Source of the DNA: Marine Group I thaumarchaeote
Lineage (GTDB): Archaea > Thermoproteota > Nitrososphaeria > Nitrososphaerales > Nitrosopumilaceae
Length of the DNA: 10,422 bases
Assembly (NCBI GenBank): GCA_013390375.1
Contig: JACATA010000007.1
Location: forward strand, 30,001 to 40,422
Direction: 5' to 3'
The notes beneath the pieces were generated by a model, which saw nothing but the letters and a program-made list of their open reading frames with translations, was not told where the DNA came from and made no database searches. Of this stretch, positions 1 to 6,281 are shown one piece after another (position 1 is the stretch's first letter; the number at the start of each line of letters is the position of its first letter). The position numbers were made by a program, and so were the translations under genes.

Positions 1-327
1 TACCGTAATGGAACACCGTTTGGTTACGAAGCAGTAAATGGAATTGTCTATTACCACAATAATATTGATAGAAATGAATTGCCTGGTATTACAAAATTTC
101 TTAAAGAGCGATTTGGTGGTGAAGAAATTGATAAGGGAGAAAGAATATTCCTAAAAAATTCAAAAGAGATCTATACTGGTAAGGAGATTGGAGAATTAGC
201 AGAAGAATTTGATGCAAAATTTAACATTGAATCTGACATATCAATTGAATTAGCAGATGTTACACAAGATGAGCTAAATGAGTGGAGCTATCCTAATTCT
301 AAACTTCTCCCTATTCCTGGTAAATGA
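1..327 (+). CDS. 3' end of a gene that starts upstream of the window (108 C-terminal residues); function not recognised
   Basis: Frame 1 is open from base 1 (YRNGTPFGYEAVNGIVYYHNNIDRNE...) with no stop and no in-frame ATG. The track's 'M' at 79 is a TTG codon, so the ORF is most likely window-truncated. Stop TGA at 325-327. Confidence 0.6.
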   Translation, partial: YRNGTPFGYEAVNGIVYYHNNIDRNELPGITKFLKERFGGEEIDKGERIFLKNSKEIYTGKEIGELAEEFDAKFNIESDISIELADVTQDELNEWSYPNSKLLPIPGK

Positions 328-357
328 TTAATAATGAAAAACATACATGAAACATAG

Positions 358-1149
358 ATGTCAGAGCTAGATGGAATTTATGAACATTTAAACGAACTTA
401 GAACACGAGTTTTACGAGTAGTCATTGTCGTTGGTATCATTGCTGTATTTCTGATGACATTTCATATTGAAACTATGACTTACAACGAGATTATACTCTA
501 TTACCCTACTCCAGAACCTCTTGATAATATTGCTGCACAACTTACTAACTATTTCAAGATTAATTTGGTACCAGAAGGTGTACAATTAATACAAACTGCA
601 CCGGGCCAAGCATTTTTTTCACAAATCTATATTGCTGCACTAGTTGGTCTTGTTGCCGGTACGCCAGTAATTATTAGAGAAATTGTAGGCTTTCTAAAAC
701 CTGCATTAAAGGAAAATGAGATAAACATTGGAAGGACAATTACTGCTCCTATCATGGGTCTCTTTATTTCTGGCTGCCTCTTTGCATATTTTGTTGTAAT
801 ACCATTCATGCTAGACTTTTTGTACAAATATGGTGCATCCTCAGGTCTTGTTACATTTCTGAATATAATGGACTTTGTTACATTTGTATTACAATTTCTA
901 TTAGCATTTGGATTATCATTTCAATTACCGGTGATAATGTATGCTTTTAGTCAGGCTGGTATGACTGATGCAAAATTTTGGCGAAAAAACATACGATATG
1001 CAATTATTGCCATTGTAATTTTTGGCGCACTAGTAACCCCTGATGGTAGTGGAGTAACAATGTGGTTTATAGCTGGTCCAATGATTGGATTGTATATAGC
1101 AGGCATGATTCTAGTAGAGCGTAAAGAAAAACAAACACTGAAGACTTAA
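358..1149 (+). CDS. tatC: twin-arginine (Sec-independent) translocase subunit TatC
   Basis: 263-aa polytopic membrane protein. An N-terminal 'HLNELRTRVLR' segment is followed by about six hydrophobic helices, which is the TatC layout. A TatA-type gene follows 26 nt downstream. ATG start. Confidence 0.9.
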   Translation: MSELDGIYEHLNELRTRVLRVVIVVGIIAVFLMTFHIETMTYNEIILYYPTPEPLDNIAAQLTNYFKINLVPEGVQLIQTAPGQAFFSQIYIAALVGLVAGTPVIIREIVGFLKPALKENEINIGRTITAPIMGLFISGCLFAYFVVIPFMLDFLYKYGASSGLVTFLNIMDFVTFVLQFLLAFGLSFQLPVIMYAFSQAGMTDAKFWRKNIRYAIIAIVIFGALVTPDGSGVTMWFIAGPMIGLYIAGMILVERKEKQTLKT

Positions 1150-1175
1150 ATCTGTAATTTAGTAAATGAGATCAA

Positions 1176-1361
1176 ATGCTTGGTGGAATGGAACTGGTAA
1201 TACTTGTGGTTGTAATTGGTGTCTTAATCTTTGGTGCCGCAAAAATCCCTCAGCTTGCAAAGACGTTTGGTAAGGCAAAATCTGAATATAGAAAGGGTGA
1301 AATTGAAGGCGATAATGAATTGAAAGACTTCAAAGAAAAAAAGAATAACGAAACTTCTTAA
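1176..1361 (+). CDS. tatA: twin-arginine translocase TatA/E-family subunit
   Basis: 61 aa with a single N-terminal TM helix (ELVILVVVIGVLIFG), then the TatA hinge and amphipathic-helix pattern 'FGAAKIPQLAKTFGKAKSEYRKG' and a charged tail. Adjacent to tatC. Confidence 0.85.
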   Translation: MLGGMELVILVVVIGVLIFGAAKIPQLAKTFGKAKSEYRKGEIEGDNELKDFKEKKNNETS

Positions 1362-1369
1362 CTATACAA

Positions 1370-1381
1370 TTTTAATTTTTT
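1370..1381 (+). terminator. oligo-T tract (T4-AA-T6) directly after the tatA stop; candidate archaeal intrinsic terminator
   Basis: TTTTAATTTTTT begins 9 nt after the tatA stop (1359-1361). It lies inside the last codons of convergent ubiX (...SKN*). Archaeal termination commonly uses oligo-T, but T-runs are frequent in this A+T-rich DNA. Confidence 0.3.
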
Positions 1382-1932
1382 GAACCCCATCTAGTAAAAA
1401 GATCATGTTCAATGTCAAACTGATCTAAACATTTACCAACAATATGATTTACCAAATCATCAATCCCTTTTGGTTTTGTATAAAATTCTGTAACCGGAGG
1501 CAGTATTATAACACCTAGACGTGCTAATTTTAACATGTTTTCTAAGTTAATAGCAGTTAATGGTGTTTCACGTACAACAAGAATTAATTTACGTGACTCT
1601 TTTAATGTCACACCAGCTACACGTGCAACCAATGTCTCATCATAACCATTTGCAACACTAGATAATGTTTTCATACTACATGGAATCACTATCATTCCAT
1701 CAGTCTTATGAGTTCCACTTGAAATACTTGCTGCCATATTTTCTTCATTAGAATTTTCTGTGGCAAGAGATTTTACATAATTAAGATCATGATCAGTTTC
1801 CATTAAAATGCATTTTTGAGCCCATTCAGACATTATCAAATGAGTTTCAATGTTTAAACGCTTAAGTATTTCAAGTAATCTAATTCCATAAATAACTCCA
1901 GTACTACCAGTAATTCCAACTACTAATTTCAT
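1372..1932 (-). CDS. ubiX: flavin prenyltransferase UbiX (prenyl-FMN synthase, UbiX/Pad1 family)
   Basis: 186 aa. N-terminal 'MKLVVGITGSTGVIYGIRLLEIL' and the blocks 'MIVIPCSMKTLS' and 'LILVVRETPL' match my memory of UbiX/Pad1 flavoproteins. ATG start at 1930-1932. Confidence 0.88.
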   Translation of the reverse strand: MKLVVGITGSTGVIYGIRLLEILKRLNIETHLIMSEWAQKCILMETDHDLNYVKSLATENSNEENMAASISSGTHKTDGMIVIPCSMKTLSSVANGYDETLVARVAGVTLKESRKLILVVRETPLTAINLENMLKLARLGVIILPPVTEFYTKPKGIDDLVNHIVGKCLDQFDIEHDLFTRWGSKN

Positions 1933-1951
1933 ACATTTACTAAAACTTTAG

Positions 1952-1961
1952 ATAATTTTAA
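1952..1961 (-). promoter_or_regulatory. TATA-like box (TTAAAATTAT on the minus strand) upstream of ubiX
   Basis: Centred about 24-25 nt upstream of the ubiX ATG, the spacing expected for a leaderless archaeal transcript. Specificity is low in A+T-rich DNA. Confidence 0.3.
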
Positions 1962-1979
1962 TGAATGTGTGATAATCAA

Positions 1980-2102
1980 TTAAATATTTGAATCAAGCAT
2001 ATCATTTTCTTTCTCTTTACGTTTGTTAAGCCAAATTTTTACTCCAGCAGCAGCCATACCTGAAAATAAAATTATTCCAACAAGAATCATTTCTATACTC
2101 AT
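1980..2102 (-). CDS. candidate 40-aa single-pass membrane micro-protein (not in the ORF track)
   Basis: ATG at 2100-2102 and TAA at 1980-1982. Translation is MSIEMILVGIILFSGMAAAGVKIWLNKRKEKENDMLDSNI: one clean hydrophobic helix followed by a Lys/Arg-rich then acidic tail. It fills an otherwise empty 242-bp ubiX-purP spacer. An A/T box (2128-2137) lies about 30 nt upstream. Confidence 0.4.
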   Translation of the reverse strand: MSIEMILVGIILFSGMAAAGVKIWLNKRKEKENDMLDSNI

Positions 2103-2174
2103 CTTAATATTTTAGAAATCTTGCTGGTTAAAAATATGCTCAACTTCATATTACGGTTATAGTTTCAACAAAAT

Positions 2175-3266
2175 ATGATTAAAAGATCAGAGATTCAAAA
2201 GATTGTAAATGATTACACTGGTCTAAGAATTGGAGTGTTAGGAAGCCATTCAGCATTAGAAGTTATGGATGGTGCAAAAGATGAAGGTTTAGAAACAATT
2301 GTCTTTTGCCAAAAAGGTAGAGAGACACCTTATCAACGATTTAGCAGGATTGCTGATGAAATTATAATTTTTAAAAAATTTAACGAGATATCAATAGCAA
2401 AAAATCAAAAAATGCTGAGAGATACTAACACAATCATAGTTCCTCACCGTTCATTGACAGCATATCTTGGATACAAAACAATTGAAAACACACTGAAAGT
2501 ACCAATATTTGGAAATAGATCGTTATTTCAAGCCGAGGAAAGAAGTAATAAAAAGAATCAATACTATTTGCTAGAAAAAGCTGGAATCAAACATCCAAAA
2601 ATTTTCAAAAATCCAAGAGATATCAACAAACCTTCAATTGTTAAGGTTCAAGAAAAAAAGCGAAAGTTAGAAAGAGCATTTTTTAACGTATCATCATTTT
2701 CTGATTATAAAAAAAAATCAGAGGAAAAAATAAAGCAGGGTATTATTTCAAAAAGTGGCCTACAGAATGCCACAATTGAGGAGCTTGCTATTGGTACATA
2801 TCTTAATTTTAACTATTTTTACACACCTATCTCTGAAAATGTTGATTTTATTGGAATAGAAAGAAGGCTTCAAACAAACCTGCATGATTTCAATGCATTA
2901 CCAGCAAAACAACAACTTGAGATGAATATTACTTTACAAAACATTGAAGTTGGTCACACTCCAGCTAGCATTCGTGAATCTTTACTTGAAAAAGTAATTT
3001 CGATGGGTGACAAGTTTGTGTCAGCTGTAAAAAGAGAATATCCGCCTGGAATAATTGGTCCGTTTTCTCTCCAGAGTGTTATCACAAAAGACTTGAAGAT
3101 GATCGTTTATGATGTATCACTTAGAGTACCAGGAAATCCTATCCTTGCAACAACTAGCCCTTATACAAAATATCAATACGGTCAAACCTTTGGTGTTGGG
3201 CGTAGAATTGCCATGGAGATTAAAAAAGCATACGAAGAAGATGTTTTAAGTAAAATTGTTACTTAG
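2175..3266 (+). CDS. purP: 5-formaminoimidazole-4-carboxamide-1-(beta)-D-ribofuranosyl 5'-monophosphate synthetase (archaeal PurP, ATP-grasp)
   Basis: 363 aa, alignable by eye along its length to my memory of Methanocaldococcus PurP. Matching blocks include 'IGVLGSHSALEVMDGAKDEG', 'IVPHRSLTAYLG', 'VPIFGNR', 'IEELAIGTYLNFNYFYTP', 'PAKQQLEMNI', 'IRESLL', 'PPGIIGPFSLQS' and 'GRRIAMEIK'. Confidence 0.9.
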   Translation: MIKRSEIQKIVNDYTGLRIGVLGSHSALEVMDGAKDEGLETIVFCQKGRETPYQRFSRIADEIIIFKKFNEISIAKNQKMLRDTNTIIVPHRSLTAYLGYKTIENTLKVPIFGNRSLFQAEERSNKKNQYYLLEKAGIKHPKIFKNPRDINKPSIVKVQEKKRKLERAFFNVSSFSDYKKKSEEKIKQGIISKSGLQNATIEELAIGTYLNFNYFYTPISENVDFIGIERRLQTNLHDFNALPAKQQLEMNITLQNIEVGHTPASIRESLLEKVISMGDKFVSAVKREYPPGIIGPFSLQSVITKDLKMIVYDVSLRVPGNPILATTSPYTKYQYGQTFGVGRRIAMEIKKAYEEDVLSKIVT

Positions 3267-3730
3267 GCTTTCATCGTTTCCTGTAACAAATTTTTCCTAA
3301 CCAATATTGGTATTTTGTAAAATACTGCAAGTGCAATTGCATCAGATGCCCGATAATTTCTTAGTACTAAATCTGTTTTACCAGTAAAGTAAAGATTTGC
3401 TCTAAGTGCTTGGCCATTTTCATAGATTTTCACCTTAACAAGGAATATTTCATTTTCTTCACAAATTTCTTCAAGCATCTTGTAAATAGTAGGAACCGAT
3501 TGACCGTCAGATTGAAAGTTAGATATGTGCCTAGCCACCTCACCTGAAAACGCATGCATATGAAATTCTTTTCCATCATCAGCTTTTAACAAAAGTAATC
3601 CCTCAATACCATATTCATCAACAAAACCGATATGAGTGATTTTTACTATTTCATAATCCTCCTCCTGTACGTCATTAATTTTCAAGCTGTAAATCCCTAT
3701 TTCAGAAAGAAATGGCTTTCTAATAAGCAT
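3263..3730 (-). CDS. bifunctional nuclease (BFN/DUF151) domain protein, 155 aa from the second ATG
   Basis: The core 'LLLLKADDGKEFHMHAFSGEVARHI...PTIYKMLEEI...VKVKIY...LRANLYF...RASDAIALAVFYKIPILV' follows the DUF151 pattern, including the (R)xSDAIALA motif. The track ORF starts at ATG 3805, but that 25-aa extension (MLCHWFLFSYYIF...) is antisense to the neighbouring gene's first codons. I prefer ATG 3728-3730. Its stop overlaps the purP stop (TTAG, 3263-3266). Confidence 0.72.
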   Translation of the reverse strand: MLIRKPFLSEIGIYSLKINDVQEEDYEIVKITHIGFVDEYGIEGLLLLKADDGKEFHMHAFSGEVARHISNFQSDGQSVPTIYKMLEEICEENEIFLVKVKIYENGQALRANLYFTGKTDLVLRNYRASDAIALAVFYKIPILVRKNLLQETMKA

Positions 3731-3762
3731 AAATTTGGGTTTGTAAAAATTTTTGTTGGAAG

Positions 3763-4590
3763 ATGAAAAAATATAATACGAAAACAAAAACCAATGACAG
3801 AGCATTTATAATTATTGGCTTCGCTGTAATTGGAACAATATTTATAATATATTCAAGCATAAGTGATTTTTCAATAACTGCAGATTCCCTACAATCTATT
3901 GAAAGACTTGCAATTGGATTCTATATAATTTTGTTTATGTCATTTGGCGCAATTGGATATGGTATTTATCGTTACCACCAACGAAAAGTTATAGAAAATG
4001 ATCATGGGGTGTTATCAATTATTGCCAAAACTACTATGGATGTTAAATCAAGAAAAATCTTTATTGTCACATTCATTGTATATGGCATGTTTTTTTCATT
4101 AACAGCCGGACTAATTGTATACCAACCTGATATCATATTTTCATATCATTATGATGCAATTGTTCCCTCAGCACACATGAACGCATGCTGTGGAGATCCT
4201 GGGTATATGCCCACAATCATTGTGTATCTGACAGAGCATGTTGGTCTACAAATCATCCCAATAAACTTGGTACTTGTTCTCACTGTTTCATATCTTGTTG
4301 GTCTTAACACAGCACTTGCAGTAAAAGCTATATCAATTACAAGAAAAAGTGGTGGCTTGACAAGTGTTGGTGCAACAACTGGTCTGTTTGTTGCGTGCCC
4401 CACGTGTGTAGGTACATTTTTTGCTATTTTTATAGGCTCTTCTAGCGCAGTTACATTTACTGTTATACTTACGCAACTTCAAACACTTTTTGTTGGTATT
4501 ACAATACCAATTCTTCTATTAACACCAATAATCATTGCAAAAAAAATACAAAAAAAAGACGATGGCTACCCACTAGACACTAAAACATAA
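3763..4590 (+). CDS. integral membrane protein (about 6 TM) with vicinal Cys pair and intramembrane CPTC motif; function unknown
   Basis: 275 aa with a Lys-rich N-terminus followed by about six hydrophobic segments. 'HMNACCGDPGYMP' (C142-C143, nt 4186-4191) lies between helices. 'GLFVACPTCVGTFF' (C212, C215, nt 4396-4407) lies mid-helix. I recognise no family confidently. Confidence 0.75.
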   Translation: MKKYNTKTKTNDRAFIIIGFAVIGTIFIIYSSISDFSITADSLQSIERLAIGFYIILFMSFGAIGYGIYRYHQRKVIENDHGVLSIIAKTTMDVKSRKIFIVTFIVYGMFFSLTAGLIVYQPDIIFSYHYDAIVPSAHMNACCGDPGYMPTIIVYLTEHVGLQIIPINLVLVLTVSYLVGLNTALAVKAISITRKSGGLTSVGATTGLFVACPTCVGTFFAIFIGSSSAVTFTVILTQLQTLFVGITIPILLLTPIIIAKKIQKKDDGYPLDTKT

Positions 4591-4620
4591 TAAATTCAAA
4601 TCCAAGCAATCATAAATAAA

Positions 4621-4908
4621 TCAAAACTGATTCAACTTATTTAAAACGATTTTAAAAATTTCTTCCCTATCAAGCAGAATACATGGAATTGCGTTTTCTT
4701 TGCATGCTATACCATTTTCTTTATCACGAGTTATCAAAATCATATTGTTTTCCTTGGCATATTTAATTAGAGAATAGTCAGCATGAAGTTTTAATCCATC
4801 CGCCCGCAATTTTTTCACACTATAAGCATCAAAGCCAATTTCCTTCAATTTTTCATCCATCCCATCATCCATTTCATCAACTAGAATTTTTAATGGTTTT
4901 TTTACCAT
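4621..4908 (-). CDS. PIN-like mini-nuclease domain protein (DUF5615 / Mut7-C-like), 95 aa
   Basis: 'KILVDEM' at the N-terminus (D11, E12) and 'MILITRDKE' (D62) mirror, from memory, the DUF5615/Mut7-C pattern (fLiDEN ... ilvTlDkDF). The size is typical of that family. ATG 4906-4908, stop TGA. Confidence 0.65.
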   Translation of the reverse strand: MVKKPLKILVDEMDDGMDEKLKEIGFDAYSVKKLRADGLKLHADYSLIKYAKENNMILITRDKENGIACKENAIPCILLDREEIFKIVLNKLNQF

Positions 4909-4955
4909 GTTATTATCAACTTGAAGTATGATGATTTATTGGTTTATGATTAATA

Positions 4956-5336
4956 TCAAAGGTGTGTAGACATTTTTTTAATTTTTGTTACAATTTGTAA
5001 TTTTTTATTAACAGATAATTCTGGTTCCATTGTAATAAAAATAGTATATTTTTTAATATACACAGTGATTTGAGTGACATTTTCTCTTTCTGTGTGTACA
5101 TAACGAACCTTACCAAGTTTCTTATCATATGCTTCACGCATTTTTCGTGCCTTAGCAGCATCCTTACAAAATTTTTCCTGTTGTTTTTGAGACTCCAATG
5201 AGGTTTTACGATCTTTCATAATTCCTTCAATTATGTTTCCTTTTAAATCAAGAATTGAAGCAAATCGCATTGCAGTATTTAGTGCTAAAATATTTTCAAC
5301 CATATTGAGTAGTTGTTCATCTTTAGTTTGATTCAT
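4956..5336 (-). CDS. hypothetical 126-aa protein, possibly Roadblock/LC7-like fold
   Basis: The track start at 5348 is a TTG; the first ATG (5334-5336) gives MNQTKDEQLL.... The residue pattern suggests helix, beta hairpin (MRFASILDLKGNIIEGIM), long helix (SLESQKQQEKFCKDAAKARKMREAYDKK), three strands (VRYVHTE / VTQITVYI / YTIFITME) and a final helix. It may belong to a thaumarchaeal-specific family of ~120-aa proteins, which I cannot confirm. A TATA-like TTATATTA (5358-5365, minus strand) is centred about 25 nt upstream of ATG 5336. Confidence 0.65.
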   Translation of the reverse strand: MNQTKDEQLLNMVENILALNTAMRFASILDLKGNIIEGIMKDRKTSLESQKQQEKFCKDAAKARKMREAYDKKLGKVRYVHTERENVTQITVYIKKYTIFITMEPELSVNKKLQIVTKIKKMSTHL

Positions 5337-5374
5337 GGTACAACACAAAAATTAGACTAATATAATTGAATAAC

Positions 5375-6214
5375 CTAATTTACTTTTATACATTTTATTA
5401 GTAAATAATCAATCAATTTTTCATGTGATGCTTTTTTCATTTTCAATAACGATTTGAATAATAAATTTTCGACATATGATGGATATTGTGTTAATATGTT
5501 ATTTCTTAATCTGCGTCTATTTTTAATGTAATAATTAGATAATGGTTCAAAAACATCGTGACCGATTTCGATTTTTTTAATTATTTTAAATTTTTTGGTT
5601 GTTTTTGAGATTACAAAATCCTGCTTATAATGTTCTGATGACCAAGTTAACGCTAAAATTCCAAGTTTTTTTATGCTTGAATTCTTCTTAATTACAGGTA
5701 TTGCGAATGTAAGAATGCCATCTTTTTTTAGAACACGATACGATTCAGAAATAAAATCATGAAATGGCTTAAAATGTTGTGCAGATTCAAGTGCAATTAC
5801 TCTTTCCAGTGAGTTTGTTGAAAACGGTAACATTGTGGATGTAGAATTGATTTCATTAATCATAGAATATGGTGTTGTTTTCTCAACGATTTTTTTTGCA
5901 AATTGTAACTGAATATAATTAATATTTAGACATGAAATATTAACATCTGGATATAACTTAGTCCATACTGTTGCTGGTGCAGACAAACCACTTCCAATGT
6001 CAAGTAACGAACTTGCAGATTCTAATTCTGCAAGTTTTCCAATCTTATTACATAATCTATTCTGTGCGTTAACGGGTGATATGTCTTCTTTATGCCAATA
6101 TCCAAAATTTAGCATATTACCACCGGTAGCTAATTGCATTACTGGAGATAATGTATTGTAAAGATTCACAACGTCATTCTCATTTCTTCTAAATGTCCAT
6201 AGAATCATCTCCAT
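5375..6214 (-). CDS. class I SAM-dependent methyltransferase, small-molecule (RebM/EryG-like) type
   Basis: 'NMLNFGYW' sits ahead of motif I 'LLDIGSGLSAPA'. 'RVIALESAQHF' and 'ESYRVLKKDGILTFAIPV' align with the post-I to motif III blocks of RebM as I recall it. The track start 6238 is TTG; the first ATG (6212-6214) gives MEMILWTF..., 279 aa. Confidence 0.85.
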   Translation of the reverse strand: MEMILWTFRRNENDVVNLYNTLSPVMQLATGGNMLNFGYWHKEDISPVNAQNRLCNKIGKLAELESASSLLDIGSGLSAPATVWTKLYPDVNISCLNINYIQLQFAKKIVEKTTPYSMINEINSTSTMLPFSTNSLERVIALESAQHFKPFHDFISESYRVLKKDGILTFAIPVIKKNSSIKKLGILALTWSSEHYKQDFVISKTTKKFKIIKKIEIGHDVFEPLSNYYIKNRRRLRNNILTQYPSYVENLLFKSLLKMKKASHEKLIDYLLIKCIKVN

Positions 6215-6281
6215 TGGATTTATTTTAAACAATAGCAAAATTAACAGATTGGGACTATATACGATTTAACGACAACCAAAA

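Noticed and set aside
627-827. 66-aa minus-strand ORF inside tatC
   Set aside because: It is fully antisense to a confidently called membrane-protein gene. It has no motif and reads as a shadow frame.
1372-1932. ubiX without an adjacent ubiD-family decarboxylase as an anomaly
   Set aside because: ubiX and ubiD are frequently unlinked, and the partner may be elsewhere in the genome. This cannot be judged from a 10-kb window.
2652-2665. 14-nt identity GAAAAAAAGCGAAA shared between purP (2652-2665) and the AKR gene (7893-7906)
   Set aside because: Both encode E-K-K-R-K using the favoured A-rich codons. This is low-complexity coincidence, not a repeat element.
3731-3805. 25-aa N-terminal extension of the BFN-domain ORF (MLCHWFLFSYYIFSSSNKNFYKPKF)
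   Set aside because: The Phe/Ser/Tyr-rich low-complexity sequence is simply the complement of the neighbour's Lys/Thr-rich first codons. It would force a 43-nt head-on gene overlap, and DUF151 similarity begins after the internal Met.
4149-4403. 84-aa minus-strand ORF inside the membrane-protein gene
   Set aside because: It is antisense to the region encoding the CC and CPTC motifs. The Pro/Arg/Thr-rich composition is unlike the other proteins here, so it is likely a shadow ORF.
4539-4557. Long homopolymer A runs inside coding regions (A8 at 4539-4546 and 4550-4557; A9 at 2709-2717) as possible slippage or phase-variation sites
   Set aside because: They encode Lys runs in frame (KKIQKK, YKKKS). 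This is expected in an A+T-rich genome, and there is no evidence of frameshifted continuation ORFs.
4929-4935. Perfect C-box-like ATGATGA (plus a second ATGATTA at 4947-4953) in the 47-bp spacer, suggesting a C/D-box sRNA
   Set aside because: No CTGA D or D' box follows at a suitable distance on that strand, and there is no terminal stem. The spacer is too short for a complete C/D sRNA.
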